DNA of 58,664 nucleotides, taken from assembly GCA_902573085.1 (NCBI GenBank), contig CACGHY010000004.1, forward strand, positions 1 through 58,664. Reading direction: 5' to 3'. This document shows positions 33,800 through 41,427 of the stretch, piece by piece; the first letter of the stretch is position 1; every line of letters begins with the position of its first letter. A program made the translations under genes and the position numbers. A model generated the notes under the pieces. It saw nothing but the letters and a program-made list of their open reading frames with translations, ran no database searches and had not been told where the DNA came from. Source of the DNA: an uncultured Candidatus Poseidoniales archaeon (GTDB lineage: Archaea; Thermoplasmatota; Poseidoniia; Poseidoniales; Thalassarchaeaceae).

Positions 33800-33913
33800 A
33801 TGAGTGAACAGGATTCAGATTTGTGGGAATCCCCTCTGAAACAGAGCACGTACATGTTCATCTGGGCGATAGCTTCAGTAGCATCATTCGCTGTTTTCAT
33901 CAAGTATTTTTAG
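33800..33913 (+). CDS. 37-aa single-TM small protein (not in ORF track)
   Basis: MSEQDSDLWESPLKQSTYMFIWAIASVASFAVFIKYF; GAGG upstream; fills an otherwise empty gap. Confidence 0.5.
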   Translation: MSEQDSDLWESPLKQSTYMFIWAIASVASFAVFIKYF

Positions 33914-34181
33914 ATCCAATTTCCCTTTCCGAGGAAATTAGTGCACTTTTCCGAGAGGTTCCTCCCGGACCACTGTATCCTCCATAGCTACCATCGGAAC
34001 GAATTACTCTATGGCATGGTACTATGATTGGATTTGGGTTGGCAGCGCAAGCATTGGCAACAGCTCTTGATGATCCAGGATTTCCGATAGAAATTGCTAT
34101 TTCTTTGTATGTCCGGGTTTGACCTGCGGGGATTTTTTTGATTTCCTTCCATACTCTGTTCTGGAATGGTGTCCCTGCCAT
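33900..34181 (-). CDS. ogt: Methylated-DNA--protein-cysteine methyltransferase (single domain)
   Basis: TPFQNRVW, IPAGQTRTY, RAVANAC..NP, active-site PCHRV. Confidence 0.9.
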   Translation of the reverse strand: MAGTPFQNRVWKEIKKIPAGQTRTYKEIAISIGNPGSSRAVANACAANPNPIIVPCHRVIRSDGSYGGYSGPGGTSRKSALISSEREIGSKNT

Positions 34182-34481
34182 TTATTCTTCTTCCCCCGAC
34201 CACGTCCCTTCATCTATTTCCTCCATCCCAACTATCTCGTAGTTTGATGGGAAGAGTGCAATGGCCACTCCAATTACTATGCAAGAGATTCCGAACCAGA
34301 ATGACCCTCTTATCATCAACTCCATTCCAATTGCGAATAGAAAGAGGCCGCCGAGATTAGAAACCCAAACAAGGGTCTTGAAAGTAGACAATGAAACCCC
34401 ACTCGCCCTCTTTGTTCTATGTGGGCCGAATTCTGCCCCGAATCTCAATGGATCATCCTTGCCCATTATATCACCGGTCAA
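34182..34481 (-). CDS. Small two-TM membrane protein
   Basis: Two hydrophobic helices; tightly packed between the ferredoxin and ogt genes. Confidence 0.6.
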   Translation of the reverse strand: MTGDIMGKDDPLRFGAEFGPHRTKRASGVSLSTFKTLVWVSNLGGLFLFAIGMELMIRGSFWFGISCIVIGVAIALFPSNYEIVGMEEIDEGTWSGEEE

Positions 34482-34803
34482 TCATAATTATCGCATCGGT
34501 GGGGCAAGCTAATACACAAATCTTGCAACCTGTGCACGGGTCCCTCAGAATTTTCGCTTTTTTATTTACATCCACATCCATAACAGGACTGAGCAGTGGT
34601 GTATCGTACAACTCTATGGCATCGTCCTCACATACTATCGTGCACTGATCGCATCCAATACACAATTCTTCTTTTACCCAAGCAACTGTATCTTCTCCGC
34701 CTTTCAGAAGGGCTTCTTCTTCTGCCCTAACCGAGTTTAATTGCTTCCTGATTCTTGACTGTTCAACAGCCCTTCTCTTGAGCACCTCCTCGGTTTTGGT
34801 CAT
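34471..34803 (-). CDS. 2x[4Fe-4S] ferredoxin-like protein with N-terminal coiled helix
   Basis: CIGCDQCTIVC and CTGCKICVLACP. Confidence 0.9.
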   Translation of the reverse strand: MTKTEEVLKRRAVEQSRIRKQLNSVRAEEEALLKGGEDTVAWVKEELCIGCDQCTIVCEDDAIELYDTPLLSPVMDVDVNKKAKILRDPCTGCKICVLACPTDAIIMIDR

Positions 34804-34875
34804 GTTACTCGGCCTTTGCATCCAGTCCACCCTTATCATAGTGAGTTTGATTCGCGCGCCTTAAGTCACGGTTAC

Positions 34876-35151
34876 ATGAAACCTAGCTACCCACAGACGT
34901 GGTGGCGCGACCCAATGGTTTGGCTAGGCCTTCTTCACGGCGCTGCAATATGGGCCTTTATGGCATCCTTACTCAGCATTTCATCCGCTTGGATTTCCCT
35001 TGCTTGTGGCTTCTTCATAGGGTTCTTCCTGTACTTGGTAGCCTTGGGATATCAGGACTATCGCTTTGCGAGGGCTATACTTGTAGGCCTCGCGATCAAT
35101 CTCTTCCTTTCTTCGCTCTCTGCTATCATCGCTCTTATGGACCAGTCCTAG
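34876..35151 (+). CDS. Small three-TM membrane protein
   Basis: Hydrophobic 91-aa ORF from MKPSYPQ; converges on the b6f-like operon. Confidence 0.55.
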   Translation: MKPSYPQTWWRDPMVWLGLLHGAAIWAFMASLLSISSAWISLACGFFIGFFLYLVALGYQDYRFARAILVGLAINLFLSSLSAIIALMDQS

Positions 35152-37961
35152 TTTTTGGATTCCTCTATCTGCCTGGCCAGGAAGCTCACAACATCAAGAA
35201 TCTCAAAGTCGTGTCTTGGGTCACCCTCGAATTTCAGACACTCGAAGTGTGCAACGCACTTTGGGCATGAGGTGAGCATTATGTCCGCTCCAGTTTCCCT
35301 GACTTCATCGAATCTCTGAACCCTCAGTGCCCTGCTATTCTCGTTGCAGGACATCATGCTTGAGACTCCACAGCATAAGGCATCTTCACCGGTATGCTCC
35401 ATCTCTACCAGATTTACCCCTTCTACAGAGCCTACCAGATCTCGTGGCTCATCGTAGATGTTCATCTGTCTACCCAACCTGCACGGGTCATGGTATGTCA
35501 CAGTGACTTCGTCGTTTGACTTCAGATTCATGTCGAATCCATTCTCAACTAGGAACTCTGTGGTGTGCATCACTTTCATGTCATCCAACTCATAGTCCAG
35601 AGCGAACGTCCTGAAACACTCAGCGCAAGAAGTGACCAATGTTTCAATCCCACTCTCTCCGAGCTTCTTTTGGTTGTATGCCTTTAATTTCTCGAATACC
35701 TCACTCATCCCTTGCCACTTCTGGTCGTGCCCACAGCACTTCAAGAAATCTCGACCCAGGTAGGTGACATCCTCTCCCATTTCCTCGAAAATCGTGAAAG
35801 CTGAAGTCGTAGCATCTCCAAGATCCATCGTTCCTTTGTTCACATGGCTGAAAACCATCTCCTGGTCGATATAATCAACACATCCAGGATAGTATCCTAT
35901 GCTTGAGTCCAACGGGTAATCTTCCACAGGGATGAAAGAATCGTCTGCATCTTCTTCCGCCTCAGCGGCTAATACTGCTTGCAACACCGTGTGCGGTATC
36001 TCCGTGGCAGGAGGCCCACCTACCACAAGGTTCCTTCTTATATCGATGTAAGAGTCGTAATCAACTAATTGTGGACATGCGTTTGTACATGCCGTGCAGG
36101 TCAGGCAGGAGTAAAGTGGAACCCCGTCATCTTCGTTGTTCCACGTATTGTAGATTATGTTGAGTTTATCCCCCGCATTGAACAATCTCACAGGGCAGGC
36201 GTCATCGCACAAATCGCATCCATAGCACTTGTTCATCTCCCACTCGTAGCCACGAGCCATGCTTCTGAGGAACATGAATACCATCGCGCCTACACCGAGG
36301 CACGGTATGAACATCGAGTAAATCAGTTTGGCATCAAGGCTCAGCGGGTTCTTTTGGAAAGTCGGATTTGTCAATGTTAACGAAGCAAGCTCCTCATCGC
36401 TGAGGCTGACTTCAGATCTAACTAGTGCCGTTCCATCTTCTTTGAGAAGTAGAGGCTGGTAGGAAATTGCTGAGAAGTCTGAGATCATTGTGACCGTGTC
36501 ATTGACTTGCTCTGAGATAGTGGTGAAGGAAATCGTGTAAGATCTCCCAGATTCAAGGTAGATTGTGTCAGACTCGCAAGTAGAACCGGAATTCGACCAA
36601 ATTTCTCGGCCCAAATCATCGGTAAGAGTTAGACTCTGAGTGTGGTAACCTGCATTTCGGACGGTTGTCCTGAAGTTGCAACCTATGTCTGTCTGAACTT
36701 CCGAAATTCCGAGGTCTTCAACCTCGAACTGGATGGATTCCGAAATCGAGATAGGGCTGCCGTCTTCCTCTCCTTGGTAGATGATTTCATTGGCCCCTAT
36801 ATTTCTGGATGTTTGCGTATCGGCGTGCCCATTAACCCCGCTGAAGTCTATTATCTGACTACGAGTAGGTTGGAAGATCCCCCAGTTGACAAAATGCTTC
36901 GCGGGTAATACACACCATTCAGAATGCGTCGTACCCTCTTCCATAGTTTCCCAGACAGACAAGGAATCTGTCTCCTCGTATGATAGGCATTCTTCCTCCC
37001 AGTCGTCCCACACAGGTCCCTTTTCAACGTGTATTAAAGAGTCTGCAGGCTGACCTCTTATCCTATCCAACTCGTCGAGCTTGGCATCGTATTGGTACTC
37101 CCAGAATCCCATTGTCCCCAGTCCCCTTTGATTCCAGAAACCATTCTCGTAGACCGGCCAAGTGACCGTGCAGAGTAGAACAGTTGCGATCAAAGATCCG
37201 ACGGCCACCTGTCTACCGAGAATTGGAGTCAACCGAGAACCCATCGGACCGATCAAGAATTTCCTAACCGAGAAATAAAGCACAACGAAGACGAAGACGC
37301 CAGTAAGGATCCATGGAACCGCATTGAAAACTTCGGCAGTCCATGGTGGCTGAGTACCGCAGTTGAATGTTCCATGAGGGCCAATCCAGCAGTAGTCCGT
37401 TCGATTCTGACCATACATTTCCAGGAAGATGTTTATCGAGAATACAGAAATAAACCACACATGCGCTAAGTATACGGCTCCCGCTGTAGCGAACCACGGA
37501 TCCTCGACACCCCTCTTCTCCCTTTTTCCGATAATGAATGGTGGAAGTGCGAGAATGGCCACAGGAACCCCAGTGATCATCGCACCCCACACCCCCGCAT
37601 TCCAAGAAACGATAGGCTGTCCGAAGAACTCACCTATCGGACCAGCAGGGATGTCGAACTGCGGCAAATACTCGCCCCACCTAAGGTATCCGTAAGAGAA
37701 CAGAACGTACCAATCAGGGAAGACGAAACCAGCCTGAGCGTAGGGATCTGCAGCGTTGTGTAAGGGCGGGGGGATGATCCAAGAATAGAATGCTATGACC
37801 ATTACTATCGAGGCGAAAATAATCGTATCTCTGAGAACTTCAGTAGGCCAGAAACCATGACCTGTGTGCACTCTTCTCCTTTCTTCCTCAGCACCAAGCA
37901 ATTGCTCTTTCTCGCTGACATAAGTGTCGGCAATCCTTCCAAATCTTTCAATCAGACCCAT
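35148..37961 (-). CDS. Cytochrome b6f subunit IV-like protein fused to an extracellular domain and a 2x[4Fe-4S]/2xCCG (HdrD/GlpC-like) module
   Basis: FWP..VLRD, PPLHNAADP, PDWY (PEWY motif); CYGCDLCDDACP, CLTCTACTNACP; YYPGC...CCG...TSCAEC and YHDPCRLGR...CCG...TSCPKC. Confidence 0.9.
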   Translation of the reverse strand: MGLIERFGRIADTYVSEKEQLLGAEEERRRVHTGHGFWPTEVLRDTIIFASIVMVIAFYSWIIPPPLHNAADPYAQAGFVFPDWYVLFSYGYLRWGEYLPQFDIPAGPIGEFFGQPIVSWNAGVWGAMITGVPVAILALPPFIIGKREKRGVEDPWFATAGAVYLAHVWFISVFSINIFLEMYGQNRTDYCWIGPHGTFNCGTQPPWTAEVFNAVPWILTGVFVFVVLYFSVRKFLIGPMGSRLTPILGRQVAVGSLIATVLLCTVTWPVYENGFWNQRGLGTMGFWEYQYDAKLDELDRIRGQPADSLIHVEKGPVWDDWEEECLSYEETDSLSVWETMEEGTTHSEWCVLPAKHFVNWGIFQPTRSQIIDFSGVNGHADTQTSRNIGANEIIYQGEEDGSPISISESIQFEVEDLGISEVQTDIGCNFRTTVRNAGYHTQSLTLTDDLGREIWSNSGSTCESDTIYLESGRSYTISFTTISEQVNDTVTMISDFSAISYQPLLLKEDGTALVRSEVSLSDEELASLTLTNPTFQKNPLSLDAKLIYSMFIPCLGVGAMVFMFLRSMARGYEWEMNKCYGCDLCDDACPVRLFNAGDKLNIIYNTWNNEDDGVPLYSCLTCTACTNACPQLVDYDSYIDIRRNLVVGGPPATEIPHTVLQAVLAAEAEEDADDSFIPVEDYPLDSSIGYYPGCVDYIDQEMVFSHVNKGTMDLGDATTSAFTIFEEMGEDVTYLGRDFLKCCGHDQKWQGMSEVFEKLKAYNQKKLGESGIETLVTSCAECFRTFALDYELDDMKVMHTTEFLVENGFDMNLKSNDEVTVTYHDPCRLGRQMNIYDEPRDLVGSVEGVNLVEMEHTGEDALCCGVSSMMSCNENSRALRVQRFDEVRETGADIMLTSCPKCVAHFECLKFEGDPRHDFEILDVVSFLARQIEESKN

Positions 37962-37970
37962 TCAATCACC

Positions 37971-38843
37971 TCAGTGCGGCTCCGCAATCCCTTGAACCCA
38001 GACGATGAATAGGTGGGTCAGAATAAGAACTGTAACAATTAGCGGTAGTACGAAAACGTGTAGGAAGTACATCCTGACAACTGTCTGGCCCGTCAGTGTC
38101 GTCCCACCAAACATAGCATTAGCCACCCATTCCCCAATCAGCGGAGTAGCCATTGCCATGTTGATTCCTATGGTGGCAGCTCCGAAGGCCAGGCTGTCCC
38201 AAGGCAACAAATAACCTGAGTAACCGAAGAATATCGAGAAAAACATTAGAGCTACTCCGATCAACCAATTGAGCTCTCTAGGGTTTCTATATGCCCCAGT
38301 GAAATAGACTCTGCACATGTGCAGAAATACCGCGGCCACGAAAAAGTGCGTGGTCCAATGGTGGACAGATCTGATGATGTATCCGAAGGGAAGCTCTAGC
38401 ATGATAAACTCCATTGATGCGTAGGCTGGGGTTGGATCTGAGTCCAAATCCCCTCCTGGTACGTAGTAAAATCCTAGAATGGTGCCGCTAATGACCAAGA
38501 TTATGAATGCCAAGAATGAAATTCCGCCCAAGCAATACAGGGGGTACCAATACCAGATTATTCTCAGTTTATACTTCTCAGCGTGGGTCAATGGCATCTG
38601 GCGATGCATGCTGTAATAGGAGTCTTTGGACATGCCCCAGTAGTCCTGAATCCTGAATCTAGTATCTAGCCAAGAGAAAGCCCACAGGAACAACTTCTCG
38701 GCAAGACCCATGCTACCAGCATTTGTTTCCACGGCCCTTAGAATGTCCTTTCTCGGCATGTCATCCCTCTCTCTTCTGAGCGTGAAGGCTACAATTACGA
38801 CCACGAAGGCTATGAAGATCCACAGGAACCAGAATTGAATCAT
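37971..38843 (-). CDS. petB: Cytochrome b6-like subunit (N-terminal half of cytochrome b)
   Basis: YCLGG, AYAS, RSVHHW...FLHMCRVYFTGAYRNPRELNW, GYLLPWD, FLHVFVLP...THLF, QGIAEPH. Confidence 0.93.
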   Translation of the reverse strand: MIQFWFLWIFIAFVVVIVAFTLRRERDDMPRKDILRAVETNAGSMGLAEKLFLWAFSWLDTRFRIQDYWGMSKDSYYSMHRQMPLTHAEKYKLRIIWYWYPLYCLGGISFLAFIILVISGTILGFYYVPGGDLDSDPTPAYASMEFIMLELPFGYIIRSVHHWTTHFFVAAVFLHMCRVYFTGAYRNPRELNWLIGVALMFFSIFFGYSGYLLPWDSLAFGAATIGINMAMATPLIGEWVANAMFGGTTLTGQTVVRMYFLHVFVLPLIVTVLILTHLFIVWVQGIAEPH

Positions 38844-38852
38844 TTTTATCAC

Positions 38853-39701
38853 CTAACCGCAGAACGTGTACCAATCCATAAAATCCGGAAGCGCCTCTAT
38901 CAATCCATCATTCACTTTGAATGGGATCAGCGGCATTCCATACGGAGCCGGACCACCGGTCTTCTTTACACCTATGAAGTCGAATTCTTGTCCATTTGAC
39001 CTGTTTCTTGCTGTATTTTTCTCTATTACGGTGTGGTCATACCTGCTGGAGTGACAGATGCAGAATGATTTGTTTCCGCTAGTGTCGGTCCCACCAGGTA
39101 ACCAGGTATCCGCTGTGTAGTCGTTACTAACGAGTTGCCACCCTGGAATGCAACACAAGTGAGGGCATCTGGCGAAAGCAATAATCAAGTTGTCATGGAT
39201 GTTCAATGATGCGTATTCTTCTTTTTCTTCGATTTCAAAGCCGGATCCTACGTATGCGCCACCAGCGGTGTATCCATCCATCAACTGGAACCTTGGGGTG
39301 CCTGCTTCTAATGGCTTGTTTTTGTTTTCCTCATGCGGGACGTATGTGGCTATGATGGGTAAGCCGGACCAAAGCCCCGCAGCTCCGACCATTCCGGTGG
39401 TCGTGTTCGCGGACTCGTCTACGAAAGATTGCAATGTCATGGGCTGTTTGTCCATGCTGCTGTACCACACATCAGAACCCTTGGGGACATAGAATTTTAC
39501 CGCAGAGTCAGACGCCCCTCCCTCTGCTTGACCCATTAAGAAGGAAGCGAATCCCACAGAGCCTAGTGCAGCTGTAGTAATCAGTCCTGCCGATGTATTG
39601 AAAGATAGCCTCATGAACTCCCTTCTGTCTATTCCGCCGCTCCTCTCGTGAATAGCATCACTCTGGGAGGAGATAGGACGTAGCTTAAATTTCCTTGCCA
39701 T
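38853..39701 (-). CDS. petC: Rieske [2Fe-2S] protein with Tat anchor
   Basis: DRREFM twin-arginine motif plus TM helix; CPHLCC and CICHSSRYD boxes; GGPAP. Confidence 0.9.
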   Translation of the reverse strand: MARKFKLRPISSQSDAIHERSGGIDRREFMRLSFNTSAGLITTAALGSVGFASFLMGQAEGGASDSAVKFYVPKGSDVWYSSMDKQPMTLQSFVDESANTTTGMVGAAGLWSGLPIIATYVPHEENKNKPLEAGTPRFQLMDGYTAGGAYVGSGFEIEEKEEYASLNIHDNLIIAFARCPHLCCIPGWQLVSNDYTADTWLPGGTDTSGNKSFCICHSSRYDHTVIEKNTARNRSNGQEFDFIGVKKTGGPAPYGMPLIPFKVNDGLIEALPDFMDWYTFCG

Positions 39702-39703
39702 TT

Positions 39704-40153
39704 TCAGACCTCGTACTTTTTCCAAGAATTAGTGTCATGATTAGTTATGTATTTGTTTCTCCTATGCTTGACAATCACCACATCAGGCAGGACGTATTTT
39801 AGGTACACAATCCCCAAGATTATCAGTGTAAGTAGCGTCATTGCCAAATTAAATGCAAGCAATTGTTGATCCCACTCCTGATACAATCCATATGCTAATG
39901 CGCCAGCCCAATAGAGGGTCCATAGAATGCCCCAAAGACCCACTATTATGATCAGCCAAGAATCCCCAGAAGGCGCCAGACTTGCTCTTACAATAGTCCC
40001 GGGCTTGACTTCATTGAATACTCCGTGATTCACGGCAGCTTCGAAGGACTCCTCTGTTAATGAAGCATCTTCGAGTGCCACTCTTGCGTCTTCGACACTG
40101 ACCTTTCCGGCCTTTACCTCTCGTAGCAGCCTCATAACTACATCGTCTTTCAT
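39704..40153 (-). CDS. Two-TM membrane protein within the Rieske/cytochrome b operon
   Basis: LLREVKAGKVSVEDA N-terminal helical hairpin, two TM helices; ATGA overlap with the upstream gene and 2-bp gap to the Rieske gene. Confidence 0.7.
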   Translation of the reverse strand: MKDDVVMRLLREVKAGKVSVEDARVALEDASLTEESFEAAVNHGVFNEVKPGTIVRASLAPSGDSWLIIIVGLWGILWTLYWAGALAYGLYQEWDQQLLAFNLAMTLLTLIILGIVYLKYVLPDVVIVKHRRNKYITNHDTNSWKKYEV

Positions 40154-40953
40154 AGTTGATCACCTCTTCTCAGATGTTTAATCCTAAGTTTTAGTAAGTT
40201 GCTTCTTCCTTTGTAGTTCCTGGAGAAACCGTATCTAAGGAATAGGCCGCAGAAGAAGATCACCAGTATAACTGCCCCAAAGCCAAGGATTCCCAACCAG
40301 TGGGCTTTGAGCTTAGCTCCCATTTTGTGGATGTCTTTCTTTCCTTCAATCGGTGCTGGTGGATTTATGTCACCGTTTCCTGAAAAAACGGTTTTTGTTC
40401 TTCCGCTATCTTCACCCTCGTCAATGCTGGTCGTTAGACGATTCCAACGGTCTAGACTAGATGGGGCTAAATCTCCGTTTACCGAGTTGCCTGCAACATT
40501 GAAAACCACTGATCCCGAGCCTTCGGACGGACTGGTCCAGACAAACATCCACGACCTATCGGGGGTTCTCGAGCCTGCATCGGTGTGTGTTAAGCTGGAT
40601 GCATCTCCCTCCCAATTCTCAACCATTGACTCGAATCCTTCCGAGGCGCTGAGCGACCCTTGGGTAACAGTCATTGCAAATCCGGCCGTGTGCGAATCGA
40701 GATTCGCGTCCGGACCGCCGATTAATTGCAACTTCATTTCGTAGGAAGTATCTGGGGCATAGTGGAACGGTACCCCATCGATGATGACGGTAACAGAATT
40801 GTCAGGCTCCTCGGCATGACAAGTGCATCCGGCGATTGAAACTTCTCCCTGTCCGTTTGCGTTTCCGCCAACTCCACTGTGCAGAGCTTCACTAGACCCC
40901 GCCACGAATAACGATAGGATTATCAGAGTGAATATCTTACGTTGTGTAGCCAT
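40150..40953 (-). CDS. Exported Reeler-like beta-sandwich protein with CxCH motif and C-terminal membrane anchor
   Basis: Signal peptide ending SSEA, GCTCH, VPFHYAPDTSYEM, GFAM, LTH, W.F.WTSP..GSGSV.F..AGNSVNGD, C-terminal TM helix. Confidence 0.8.
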   Translation of the reverse strand: MATQRKIFTLIILSLFVAGSSEALHSGVGGNANGQGEVSIAGCTCHAEEPDNSVTVIIDGVPFHYAPDTSYEMKLQLIGGPDANLDSHTAGFAMTVTQGSLSASEGFESMVENWEGDASSLTHTDAGSRTPDRSWMFVWTSPSEGSGSVVFNVAGNSVNGDLAPSSLDRWNRLTTSIDEGEDSGRTKTVFSGNGDINPPAPIEGKKDIHKMGAKLKAHWLGILGFGAVILVIFFCGLFLRYGFSRNYKGRSNLLKLRIKHLRRGDQL

Positions 40954-41087
40954 TTTTGCCCCCCCAGCCATTTGTTAATATTCACCAGAAAAAAGGGGGA
41001 TATGAACCTTACACTACAGCCCCTTCGGAGCTGCGTAGTAATATCGTTTTTCAAAAAATTCAAAGGCATCGCTCGACATTAGAGAAT

Positions 41088-41393
41088 ATGGCATCCCCAA
41101 TGTGGAAGAACACATACTCGCTGAACCCAGGACAGATCGATAAACTCGAGGAGGCAGAGAATAAGATGGAATCTATGGAAATAAGCCAAGCAGAGGAAAT
41201 TCTCCTTTCGATGATTAAGTCCGATCCGGATTGTATTCCAGCCTTGAATGTACTCGGTCACCTCAATGGAAGGCACCTCTCAGATTTCGAAATTGCTATT
41301 GAGTACTATGACAAGGTACTACTGCTCGAACCCGATAATGCTTGGGCTAGAGATGAAAGAAGGAGATACCGAAGATACTTGGATTACGATTAG
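41088..41393 (+). CDS. Tetratricopeptide repeat protein
   Basis: DPDCIPALNVLGHL...AIEYYDKVLLLEPDNAWA TPR consensus. Confidence 0.85.
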   Translation: MASPMWKNTYSLNPGQIDKLEEAENKMESMEISQAEEILLSMIKSDPDCIPALNVLGHLNGRHLSDFEIAIEYYDKVLLLEPDNAWARDERRRYRRYLDYD

Positions 41394-41427
41394 AACAGTA
41401 TAAACTGGATACCCAGGTTTGGATTTC

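Noticed and set aside
33541-33903. 120-aa minus-strand ORF following ogt
   Set aside because: It overlaps the kinase-like gene antisense by about 200 bp and has no motifs; the 37-aa plus-strand ORF explains the gap better.
35148-36240. Evidence for methanogenesis from the Hdr-like domains
   Set aside because: CCG domains are widespread outside methanogens, and no mcr/mtr/hdrA genes are in the window.
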